Shown piece by piece: positions 44,992-53,957 of a stretch of DNA of 64,000 bases; position 1 is the first letter of the stretch; each line of letters starts with the position of its first letter. The translations under genes and the position numbers were made by a program. Below the pieces are notes generated by a model, which saw only the letters and a list, made by a program, of their open reading frames with translations, ran no database searches and was not told the origin of the DNA. This stretch comes from Candidatus Dormiibacterota bacterium (lineage in GTDB: Bacteria; Chloroflexota; Dormibacteria; Aeolococcales; Aeolococcaceae): NCBI GenBank assembly GCA_041691155.1, contig JBEPVD010000011.1:636-64635 (forward strand). The letters are read 5' to 3'.

Positions 44992-46080
44992 GTGACCATC
45001 GAGCCGCTGCTCCCGAGCGCGACCCACGACCGTGCGACTCGCCGGGTGCGCATCGGTAACGTCGACATCGGCGGTGCCGGCGTCCCCGTCCTCGCCGGCC
45101 CCTGCGCGGTCGAGATCGATTACGTCGAACATGCGGTTGCCGCGCAACAAGCCGGTGCCTCCGTGCTGCGCGGATGCGTGCTCAAGCCTCGGACTCGACC
45201 CGGGTCGTTCCAGGGGCTGGGGATTGACGGGCTTCCCCTCCTCGATGAGGCGAAGCGGCGTACCGGGCTCCCGGTCATCGCCGAGCCGCTCTCGGTCACG
45301 GACATCGAGATGCTCCGCAACCACGTCGACGCGCTGATGATTGGTGCCCGGTCGATGCACAACACACCACTGCTTCGCGCGGCCGGCCAGAGCGGGATGA
45401 CCGTGATCGTCAAGCGCGGGATGTCCGCCACGTACGACGAATGGCTCGCCGCTGCGGAATACGTCACCGGCGAGGGAAACCGCCAGGTCATCCTGTGTGA
45501 GCGCGGGATTCGCACCTTCGAGACCGCGACTCGCAACACCCTCGACCTCAGCGCCATCGCGGTACTGCGGGACATGACCGACATGCCGATCGCGGTCGAT
45601 CCGAGCCACGCGGCAGGGAACGCCCGATGGGTCCCTTCGCTGGCCGTCGCCGCCGTCGCTGCCGGTGCCGATGCGCTCTTGATCGAGTGTCACCCGCACC
45701 CCGCACGGTCCGTTTGCGACGCGGACCAGGCGATTACGCCGCGAGTCCTCGCTCGAATCGTGGAGGCGGCAGCAGCCCTCTGCGCGATGTCGCGCCCCGC
45801 GGAAATGGACTCGCTCACCGGATGCCGCGCTGCGATCGACACCATCGACGACGCGGTGTTCCAGATGCTGGAATACCGCGCGGCAATCGTCGAGGCCGCG
45901 CAGCAGCACAAGGTCTCAACCGCCGTCCCCGGGCGCGATCCCGAACGCGAGCAGGCGATCGTGGACCGGCTGTCGCAGCGGGCGCCACGCCTCGGCGGTC
46001 AGCGGGTCGACCGCCTCGTCCGCGCGATCATCGACGAGTGCCTCGATGCGGTTCCCGAGACGCGTGAAGCCGTGGCGTGA
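44992..46080 (+). CDS. Type I-beta DAHP synthase fused to C-terminal chorismate mutase
   Basis: AGPCAVE, KPRT, IGARSMHN, KRG, LCERGIRTFE, DPSHAAG; C-terminal RAAIDTIDD...RDPERE; GTG 44992 with GGAGG. Confidence 0.9.
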   Translation: MTIEPLLPSATHDRATRRVRIGNVDIGGAGVPVLAGPCAVEIDYVEHAVAAQQAGASVLRGCVLKPRTRPGSFQGLGIDGLPLLDEAKRRTGLPVIAEPLSVTDIEMLRNHVDALMIGARSMHNTPLLRAAGQSGMTVIVKRGMSATYDEWLAAAEYVTGEGNRQVILCERGIRTFETATRNTLDLSAIAVLRDMTDMPIAVDPSHAAGNARWVPSLAVAAVAAGADALLIECHPHPARSVCDADQAITPRVLARIVEAAAALCAMSRPAEMDSLTGCRAAIDTIDDAVFQMLEYRAAIVEAAQQHKVSTAVPGRDPEREQAIVDRLSQRAPRLGGQRVDRLVRAIIDECLDAVPETREAVA

Positions 46081-46150
46081 ACCGGAGCCCGGGGAGCTGC
46101 GGCCCAACCCCGTCAGTTGCAGTGGGGTAACGTGGGCGCGCCACTAGGAG

Positions 46151-46663
46151 GTGTCTGCGTTGGACGGTGACCAGCTTCGATCCATCCAAGCCCCGCTGAA
46201 AGACCGCTACCGGGCGGAGCCCGCAACCGCGCTCGTCACGCTGCGTGCCGCGGGTGAGTTGGGGACCGAAGCCATCTCCTGCTCTGTGCAGACCGGACGC
46301 GCTCTGGTCGAGGCCGGCCTCCACGAGTTCAGCGGTGGCGACGGCACGCTGGCCTGCTCTGGAGACATGCTGCTGCAAGCGTTGGTCGCATGCGCCGGCG
46401 TGACACTCGAATCGGTCGCGACCAATCGCGGCATCGCCGTATCGGGATGGGTGCGCGCCGAAGGCGACCTCGACTTCCGAGGCACCATGGGCATCAGCCG
46501 CGATGCGCACGTGGGCTTCACCGCTATCAGAGTCATGTTCGACATTCAGAGTGACGCGGACCCTGGCGCCCTCGACGAGCTGCTGGCAGTCACGCAACGG
46601 TACTGCGTGGTCTACCAGACACTCGCGCAGCCACCGGCGCTGACCATGACCCGCCAGCAATGA
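46151..46663 (+). CDS. OsmC-family protein
   Basis: ACSGDMLLQALVACAG, EGDLDFRG, RYCVVYQT. Confidence 0.88.
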   Translation: MSALDGDQLRSIQAPLKDRYRAEPATALVTLRAAGELGTEAISCSVQTGRALVEAGLHEFSGGDGTLACSGDMLLQALVACAGVTLESVATNRGIAVSGWVRAEGDLDFRGTMGISRDAHVGFTAIRVMFDIQSDADPGALDELLAVTQRYCVVYQTLAQPPALTMTRQQ

Positions 46664-46780
46664 CGGTACCCGGCCGCGTGGCGACCACGTTGTGTGATGC
46701 CTCGGAGGCGCGTCCGGCGGGGATGGACGCGCTGACCGACTCCGTCCTCTCCGCCGATCCGAGCGCATGAGCACAGGCCG

Positions 46781-47884
46781 GTGAACGTCGCTGACGGGTT
46801 CCAGATTGGATTCGGCGCGGTCCTCGTTCTGATCACGATGTATGACGTCTTCCAGTCTGTGGTGATGCCGCGCCCCGCGGTCGGGCGATTGCGGCTCAGC
46901 TTCACGCTCGTGCGTGGCGGGTGGCGCGCGTGGCGAAAGATCGCCGAGCGCCCCCACAAGCTGCAGACGCGCGAGGCCGCACTTGCGGCATTCGGACCGC
47001 TCGCTGTCATCGGGCTGCTGGTGCTCTGGGGGCTGGCGTTCATCCTCGGCTTCACGCTGCTGTTCAGCGGTCTCCACGCCGGGCTGAGACCGCAGCCCGA
47101 CTCCTTCGGGACGACACTGTTCTTCTCGGCGGGCCGGATGCTGGCGTTTCCGGTTGGCGGCATCGAGCCAGTGGGTGTTGCCACCCGCATCCTGGCGGGC
47201 ATCGAAGCTGCGAGTGGGTTCGGGCTGTTTGCCCTGGTGATCAGCCTGCTGTTCTCGTTGTTCCAGTCATTCCAACGTCGCGAGATGTCGGTGATCGCGC
47301 TCGACGCCCTGGCCGGCGCACCTCCGTCGGGGGTCCAGATCCTCGAGAGCTGCGCGAAGGACGACATGTCGGAGGAGCTTGCGACCACCTTCGACGAGTG
47401 GCGGATGTGGACGGTTGATGTCCTTGAGAGTCATCTTTCATATCCCTTGCTCTTCTACTTCCGATCCAGTCACGACAACGAGGCCTGGGCAAACTCTTTC
47501 GGCGCGGTGATGGACGCGGCGACGCTGGTGCTCACCACCGTCGATGGTGGCCCCACGGGTCACGCCAGGCTGATGCACAAGGTAGGAGCGCACTTCGTCG
47601 CTGACATGCGGCAGTTCCTCGGGTATCCGGAGGAGTCGCTCACCGGGGTCGAGCGCTCGGAATTCGCGGAGGCATGTGGGCGGCTCCGCCAGACGGGGTA
47701 TCGCATGCTCGACGAGGAGACGGCGTGGGAGGCGTTCGGCCGGATGCGCAGCTCATACGCGCCCTTTCTCAACCGGATCACCAAGGGTCTCAGCGTCCCT
47801 CCGGCGGCCTGGATCGGGGATCGCTCCTACCTGCCGCATCGCGAACGAAAGTCGCGCGCGCGTCTTCCGGAGCCGGGCTCGTGA
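46781..47884 (+). CDS. Potassium-channel-family-like membrane protein with degenerate filter
   Basis: TM-pore-TM layout, FQRRE, ESHLSYPLLFYFRS; filter position reads AFPVGG. Confidence 0.7.
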   Translation: MNVADGFQIGFGAVLVLITMYDVFQSVVMPRPAVGRLRLSFTLVRGGWRAWRKIAERPHKLQTREAALAAFGPLAVIGLLVLWGLAFILGFTLLFSGLHAGLRPQPDSFGTTLFFSAGRMLAFPVGGIEPVGVATRILAGIEAASGFGLFALVISLLFSLFQSFQRREMSVIALDALAGAPPSGVQILESCAKDDMSEELATTFDEWRMWTVDVLESHLSYPLLFYFRSSHDNEAWANSFGAVMDAATLVLTTVDGGPTGHARLMHKVGAHFVADMRQFLGYPEESLTGVERSEFAEACGRLRQTGYRMLDEETAWEAFGRMRSSYAPFLNRITKGLSVPPAAWIGDRSYLPHRERKSRARLPEPGS

Positions 47885-48825
47885 TGGAGCCGGTGCCCCA
47901 GCCATTGCTGACGCCGCTCACTGCTGCGGCGATCTTTCTCGTCGTGACGATCGATCCCGGCGAAGAAGCTGTCGCACGCAGCCTCCTGGAAGACTGCTCC
48001 GGACTGCAACGATCGATCGGTGCGCGCGTCCCCGAGGGCGGGTTGACATGCGTGGTGGGTATCGGCTCATCGGCCTGGGACCGGCTGTTCACGGGATCCC
48101 GTCCGGCCGAACTCCATACGCTTCCCGAGATCGCCGGCGACGCGCACCGAGCAGTGTCCACGCCCGGCGATCTGCTCTTCCACATTCGCGCAGGTCAGAT
48201 GGATCTGTGCTTCGAATTCGTGATGCAGATCATGAACCGCCTGCGGTCATCAGCCACCGTGGTCGACGAGGTGCACGGCTTCAAGTATTTCGACGAACGC
48301 GACCTGCTCGGATTCGTCGACGGCACCGAGAATCCGGTCGCGGTCGCGGCGTATGCCGCGGTCACCATCGACTTGACCGACGCCGCATTCGCAGGTGGGA
48401 GTTACGTCGTCGTCCAGAAGTATCTCCACGATCTCGACGCCTGGAATGCGCTGTCGGTCGAGGATCAGGAGAATGCCATCGGGCGCACGAAATTGAGCGA
48501 TATCGAGCTCTCGGATGATCGAAAACCCGCCAACTCCCACCTGGCGCTCAATGTGATCACCGACGCTGACGGCAACGAGCTCAAGGTCCTGCGCGACAAC
48601 ATGGCGTTCGGCAGCGTTGGCAGCCGCGAGTACGGTACCTATTACATCGCCTACGCGAAGACGCCCTCGATCACCGAGCGGATGCTTCGCAACATGTTCA
48701 TCGGCGATCCCCCGGGGACGTACGACCGCATCCTGGACTTCTCGACCGCGGTCACCGGCACACTGTTCTTCGTACCGACGCAGGATTTTCTCGACGAGCT
48801 CCCGGATGCTCCCACACGCTCCTGA
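47884..48825 (+). CDS. DyP-type peroxidase
   Basis: TPGDLLFHIRA, LLGFVDGTENP (GxxDG), NSH, LRDNM, DFSTAVTG. Confidence 0.93.
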   Translation: MEPVPQPLLTPLTAAAIFLVVTIDPGEEAVARSLLEDCSGLQRSIGARVPEGGLTCVVGIGSSAWDRLFTGSRPAELHTLPEIAGDAHRAVSTPGDLLFHIRAGQMDLCFEFVMQIMNRLRSSATVVDEVHGFKYFDERDLLGFVDGTENPVAVAAYAAVTIDLTDAAFAGGSYVVVQKYLHDLDAWNALSVEDQENAIGRTKLSDIELSDDRKPANSHLALNVITDADGNELKVLRDNMAFGSVGSREYGTYYIAYAKTPSITERMLRNMFIGDPPGTYDRILDFSTAVTGTLFFVPTQDFLDELPDAPTRS

Positions 48826-48862
48826 CCGGCAGGGCGTCTGCGAGTCGGTGTGACACTGACCG

Positions 48863-50338
48863 TCAGTGGCGAGACGGGGCGCCGCTGGTGACTCGATCCG
48901 CGTCCAGCGCAACGATGGCGACCTCGCCACCGTTGACGGCGCGGTTGCGCCCCTCCCGTTTTGCCTGATAGAGGGCTTGGTCCGCGGCGTTCAGGAGATC
49001 GTCGGCGGAGGGCGTGGTCCCAGATGAGACACCGATGCTCACGGTGACGGTAAACGACGTCCGACCCAGATCGATCGGAGTAGCCGCCATCGACGCGCAC
49101 AGCCGATCCGCCGTTCTGGTTGCGGCAGACGCAGCGGTACCCGGCATGAGCACCAGGAACTCCTCGCCACCCCATCTCCCGATCACGTCCTCCGCCCGAA
49201 CAAGGGTGCGCAGGCGTCGCGCTGTTTCCTCCAGCACGCGATCGCCGGCCGCATGACCGGCTGTGTCGTTCACCCGCTTGAAGTGATCGACGTCGATGAG
49301 CACGAACCCCACGGGGGTCTCGTGGCGGCGCGCCGCGCTCAGCAGCGTCAAGATCTGCTCGTCCATATGACGCCGATTGTGGAGACCGGTGAGACTGTCG
49401 ATCCTGGCGACGCGGTCAAGCTCGACATTCAGACCAGCGAGCCGATCCTTGCTGACCATGTATCGGAGGAAGAGCACCAGCGCCACCACGAGGCCGAGGA
49501 CGAACAGCGCAAAAAGGACCCAGGGCACCCAGAGCGCAGGGCCGGAAAGCGCTGCGTACAACGTCGCGGTCGGGACGCTCACTGCCACACGCCAGGGCGT
49601 CCCCGCAACCGCTCGCATCGCAAAATAGGTTGGGGCGCCTTCCTGGAAGGTACCTTGCGGCCCCGACGCGATCGCTTTCGCGAGACCTGAGTCTTCCGCA
49701 GCGAGGAGATGAATCGCAGTTTCGTCGAGCTTCGCTGTGCTGGTGACGATGTCGCCCTTCGCGTCGATGAGATATGCGCGAGCTCCGTAAGGGATCGCAC
49801 TCACGAGATATTCGGCGAGTGGCGTCGCGGCAACCTCGTACGCTCCGCTGTAAACCCGCTGACCGGCCGGAGTGGTGAAGGGCGTCGCAAAGGCGACGAC
49901 TGGACGGCCGAGCGCCGCAGACAACGCGAGATTTGACACTGCCTGATGACCGTCGGTGGCGGTCGCGAGGTGCGAATAGCGGCCCGAGAGGTTTTTTCCG
50001 ATGAGCCCGGGGGTCGGGGGATCGACAGCCAGCGCATCACCGTTGGCGTCGAGGAGCACAACCGCTGGAAACCCGAAGGCGTCGTTGACCGCAGCAAACG
50101 CAACGAGGTCGGGCGGTGTTCCCGAGAGTTGCGCGGTGGCAGCAACCTGCTCTTTGTGGAGGAGTTCAGCCGCGTAGGTGGCCACGAAACGCGACACGAT
50201 GTCGGCCCTGAGCTGGAATGTGGTCTGCTCGGCGTCGCGTCCCTGTGCCTGGGAGGCGGCGAGGGCAATGCCTATCGCCGCGGCGGCGGCGACAGCGACC
50301 ACTGCGACACCGACGCGGCCTTCCCGAAAGCGGCGCAT
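48863..50338 (-). CDS. Membrane-bound diguanylate cyclase with Cache-like sensor
   Basis: Two TM helices; DSLTGLHNRR, DVDHFKRVND, RWGGEEF; start uncertain. Confidence 0.88.
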   Translation of the reverse strand: MRRFREGRVGVAVVAVAAAAAIGIALAASQAQGRDAEQTTFQLRADIVSRFVATYAAELLHKEQVAATAQLSGTPPDLVAFAAVNDAFGFPAVVLLDANGDALAVDPPTPGLIGKNLSGRYSHLATATDGHQAVSNLALSAALGRPVVAFATPFTTPAGQRVYSGAYEVAATPLAEYLVSAIPYGARAYLIDAKGDIVTSTAKLDETAIHLLAAEDSGLAKAIASGPQGTFQEGAPTYFAMRAVAGTPWRVAVSVPTATLYAALSGPALWVPWVLFALFVLGLVVALVLFLRYMVSKDRLAGLNVELDRVARIDSLTGLHNRRHMDEQILTLLSAARRHETPVGFVLIDVDHFKRVNDTAGHAAGDRVLEETARRLRTLVRAEDVIGRWGGEEFLVLMPGTAASAATRTADRLCASMAATPIDLGRTSFTVTVSIGVSSGTTPSADDLLNAADQALYQAKREGRNRAVNGGEVAIVALDADRVTSGAPSRH

Positions 50339-50440
50339 TGAGCGAGTGTTATGGATTCCGTCCTGTGCGACTGTCACCGACCGCCATCGCCCCGGTGACG
50401 GAGGCGTCTCGCTCGCACTGGGCACCATCCGATCCGTCGA

Positions 50441-51907
50441 TCACCAGGTGACGGCGATGTACTTGCTCTCCGTGAACTCGAGCAGACCGTCGTGGCCTCC
50501 CTCGCGACCGAGGCCGCTCTGCTTGACACCGCCGAACGGCGCGGCCGGGTCCGAAACAATCGGCCGGTTGAGCCCCACCATGCCGGATTCGAGCGCCTCG
50601 CTCACTCGCAATCCACGCTGCAGATCCCGCGTGTAGACGTACGCCACCAGACCGTACTCGGTGTCATTGGCGAGTGCGACAGCTTCCTGCTCCGTGTCAA
50701 AGACCACGATCGGAGCGACCGGCCCGAAGATCTCTTCGCCGAGGATTGCCGCACCGACCGGAACGTCGACCAGAACGGTTGCCGGGTAGAAGAATCCCGG
50801 ACCATCCGGGATGCCACCCCCACCGACCGCGAGCCGTGCACCCTCGCTGACAGCGCCGTCGACGAGCGACGAGACCTTGTCACGCCCGGCGGCGTTGATG
50901 AGCGGACCGAGTTGCACACCCTCCTCGAGCCCGGGCCCGACACGCAACGCGCCCATGGCCGCAGCGAGGCGGCTGCCGAATTCATTCGCGATGCCGCGTT
51001 GCACCAGAAAACGGTTCGCGGACGTGCAGGCCTCGCCGCCGTTGCGCATCTTGGCGACCATGGCTCCGGCCACCGCGGAGTCCATGTCCGCGTCGTCGAA
51101 CACCACGAATGGGGCGTTGCCGCCCAGCTCCATCGCGCAGCTGACCACGCAGTCCGCGGCCTCACGAAGCAGGCCACGACCGACTTCGGTCGACCCCGTG
51201 AACGACAGTTTGCGAACGCGCGAGTCGTGCAGCATCGCGCCCACCACCGCGCCAGAACGCCGCGACGGCAGCACGTTGACGACCCCGGCGGGTACGCCCG
51301 CCTCAGTCAGCATCGCGCCCATGGCCAGCGCCGTCAGCGGCGTGTCGGACGCCGGCTTGAGCACGACCGTGCATCCGGCCGCCAGCGCCGGCCCGATCTT
51401 TCGGGTCGCCATGGCGGCGGGAAAGTTCCAGGGAGTCACGAGCACGCTGACCCCGATCGGCTGCCGGATCACGAGAATGCGATTCGTCCCAGATGGCGCG
51501 GTGTGCAATTCGCCGCCGCCACGGACCGCCTCCTCGGCGAACCATCGAAAGAACTCCGCGGCGTAGGTGACCTCCCCGCGCGCGTCGGATAACGCCTTGC
51601 CGTTCTCACGCACGATCAGGCGCGCAAGGTCCTCGGTGCGCTCGGTCATCAGGTCGAACGTGCGGCGGAGAATCTCGGAGCGCCGACGGGGCGGCGTCGC
51701 GCTCCAGCCCGGAAGCGCGTCGTACGCCGCCGAAACGGCCGCCAAGCCGTCCTCGACCGACCCGTCGGCAACGGTGGCGATGACCTCGCCGGTCGCGGGG
51801 TCGTCCACGTGGAACGTCTTTCCGTCCGACGAGTCGCGCCACGCGCCGCCGATCAGCAGTTGCGTCGGCGCCCCGACTGCTTTGGACATGGTGAACGTCG
51901 TGGTCAT
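50441..51907 (-). CDS. gabD: Succinate-semialdehyde dehydrogenase family protein
   Basis: TPWNFP, FTGSTEVG, MELGGNAP, NGGEAC, EIFGP, PFGGVKQSGLGREG. Confidence 0.88.
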   Translation of the reverse strand: MTTTFTMSKAVGAPTQLLIGGAWRDSSDGKTFHVDDPATGEVIATVADGSVEDGLAAVSAAYDALPGWSATPPRRRSEILRRTFDLMTERTEDLARLIVRENGKALSDARGEVTYAAEFFRWFAEEAVRGGGELHTAPSGTNRILVIRQPIGVSVLVTPWNFPAAMATRKIGPALAAGCTVVLKPASDTPLTALAMGAMLTEAGVPAGVVNVLPSRRSGAVVGAMLHDSRVRKLSFTGSTEVGRGLLREAADCVVSCAMELGGNAPFVVFDDADMDSAVAGAMVAKMRNGGEACTSANRFLVQRGIANEFGSRLAAAMGALRVGPGLEEGVQLGPLINAAGRDKVSSLVDGAVSEGARLAVGGGGIPDGPGFFYPATVLVDVPVGAAILGEEIFGPVAPIVVFDTEQEAVALANDTEYGLVAYVYTRDLQRGLRVSEALESGMVGLNRPIVSDPAAPFGGVKQSGLGREGGHDGLLEFTESKYIAVTW

Positions 51908-52881
51908 GACTGCATTGCCCTCTCGATGGTGATCACGATGCGGTCGACCGAGGGGATCGCCATGTCCTCGAGCGCATCAGCCGACGGTAGCGGAATGTGC
52001 GGGGTCGTGATGCGCAGCGGCGGGCCGTCGAGGTGGTTGAAGCACTCCTCGCTCACGATCGACACGATCTCGGCACCCCAACCGCAGAGGCGAGGGTTTT
52101 CCTCAACCGTGAACAGCCGTCCGGTGGCCGCGACCTCGCGGAGGATGGTCTGGGTGTCGAGCGGGACGAGACTGCGGACGTCGATGACGCCGGCTTGGAT
52201 ACCGCGGTCGGCGAGAATCTCGGCCGCCGCAACAGCGCGGGGCACCATGGCGGCCAGTGCGACGATGGTGGCATCCGCCCCCGAGCGCAGGACCTTGGCG
52301 GAACCGAGCGTGTCGACGATCTCGCCGTCGGGAACCTCACCCTTGCTCGAGTACAAGCCCTTGTGCTCGAAAAACATCACCGGGTCGGGATCGCGCACGG
52401 CCGCGGCAAAGAGACCGATGACGTCGGCCGGGTTCGACGGCGCGACGACCTTCAGGCCCGGGATCGCCATCGCCCAGTTCTCCACCGATTGCGAATGCTG
52501 GGCGCCGAACCGCAAGCCTCCGCCGTTGCCCGAACGGATGACGAGCGGGAAGCTCACCTGCCCGGCGGTCATGTACGAGCTCTTGGCGATCTGATTCGCG
52601 ACCAGGTCCCAGCACACGGCGAAGAAGTCCGCGAACATGATCTCGGCGATCGGCCGCAACCCGGTCATTGCGGCACCCATCGCGGCACCCAGGATGGCCT
52701 GCTCGGAAATCGGTGTGTCCCGCACCCGCAGCGGTCCGAAGCGCTCGAGCAGTCCAACCGTCGCCTTGAACACACCGCCGGCACCGGCGACATCCTCGCC
52801 CAGGAAGACCACGTTGGGATCGCGCTCCATCTCCTGGGTGATGGCACGGGCGACGGCGTCCCGGTACGTCAGTTGCGCCAT
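51904..52881 (-). CDS. TPP-dependent dehydrogenase E1 beta subunit
   Basis: GEDV, DTPISE, EIMFADF, AQHSQ, FFEHK. Confidence 0.92.
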   Translation of the reverse strand: MAQLTYRDAVARAITQEMERDPNVVFLGEDVAGAGGVFKATVGLLERFGPLRVRDTPISEQAILGAAMGAAMTGLRPIAEIMFADFFAVCWDLVANQIAKSSYMTAGQVSFPLVIRSGNGGGLRFGAQHSQSVENWAMAIPGLKVVAPSNPADVIGLFAAAVRDPDPVMFFEHKGLYSSKGEVPDGEIVDTLGSAKVLRSGADATIVALAAMVPRAVAAAEILADRGIQAGVIDVRSLVPLDTQTILREVAATGRLFTVEENPRLCGWGAEIVSIVSEECFNHLDGPPLRITTPHIPLPSADALEDMAIPSVDRIVITIERAMQS

Positions 52882-53921
52882 GACCATCCTCCATCCGACC
52901 ACACGTCGCGCATCAGGTCGTCGGCACCCGGGGGCGGCGACGCCTTCGCGTTGACGGACGCGGTCTCGACGTCGCCATCCGCCGCCTCCTCGATGGCGTC
53001 GAGCTCTGCCTCCCGCACACCGTTGCTGAGCAGACGCGAGCGATAGAGGCCGATCGGGTCATACGCTTTCCAGGCCGCAACCTCGGCGTCGGGCCGGTAC
53101 TTGCCGGGATCGGCACGTGAATGCCCGGAGCTTCGATACGTGCGCGCCTCGATCAGTGACGGGCCACCTCCGCTCCGCGCACGGTCGAGACATTCACGGG
53201 CGGTGAGGTACATCGCGTCGGCGTCGTTGCCGTCGACCAAAATGCTGTCCAGCCCGTAGCCGGACGCGCGATCGGCTGCGGGATTCGCAACCGCGGTGAC
53301 CGATCCGATGGGCGTGTACTCCATATACAGGTTGTTCTCGCAGACGAAGACAACCGGAAGTTTCCATACCGCCGCGAGGTTGAGCGACTCGTGGAATGCG
53401 CCGATGTTGGTGGTGCCGTCACCAAAGAACGCCACCGCCACACGCGGCTCGCCGCGGTACTGCGCCGACCATGCAGCGCCGAGGGCGATGGTGAGGTGGG
53501 CGCCAACGATCGCGTAAGAGCCCATCACGCCGTGACTCACGTCGGTGAGATGCATCGATCCACCTTTGCCGGACAGCACACCGCAGGTCCGCCCCAGCAA
53601 CTCGCCCATCACACCCGTCATCGACGTGCCGCGCGCGAGTGTGTGCGCATGGCCGCGATACGTCGCGAACGTGTAGTCCTGCTCTTCCATCGCCTCGCCA
53701 AACGCGGCGGCAATCGCCTCCTGGCCGAGCGAGAGATGGCTCGTTCCCTTCACGAGGTTTTCCATGAAGAGGTCGTAGGCACGCGTCTCGAACTTCCGCA
53801 TCCGCACCATCTGCCGGTACAGCCCGAGTTGCGTTGCGGTATCGACGCCGCCGGCCGGGCGGTGCAGCGTCGCCGGATCGATTCCGGGTGGCCCGGCGGG
53901 GCCGTCAATCACTGTGGTCAT
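52869..53921 (-). CDS. TPP-dependent dehydrogenase E1 alpha subunit
   Basis: GQEA, YRGH, GKGGSMH, GDG...ENN TPP motif, GHSRAD. Confidence 0.92.
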   Translation of the reverse strand: MTTVIDGPAGPPGIDPATLHRPAGGVDTATQLGLYRQMVRMRKFETRAYDLFMENLVKGTSHLSLGQEAIAAAFGEAMEEQDYTFATYRGHAHTLARGTSMTGVMGELLGRTCGVLSGKGGSMHLTDVSHGVMGSYAIVGAHLTIALGAAWSAQYRGEPRVAVAFFGDGTTNIGAFHESLNLAAVWKLPVVFVCENNLYMEYTPIGSVTAVANPAADRASGYGLDSILVDGNDADAMYLTARECLDRARSGGGPSLIEARTYRSSGHSRADPGKYRPDAEVAAWKAYDPIGLYRSRLLSNGVREAELDAIEEAADGDVETASVNAKASPPPGADDLMRDVWSDGGWSWRN

Positions 53922-53957
53922 GTCCGTGCACTCCTCTCGATGGCCAGGCGACGCCGG

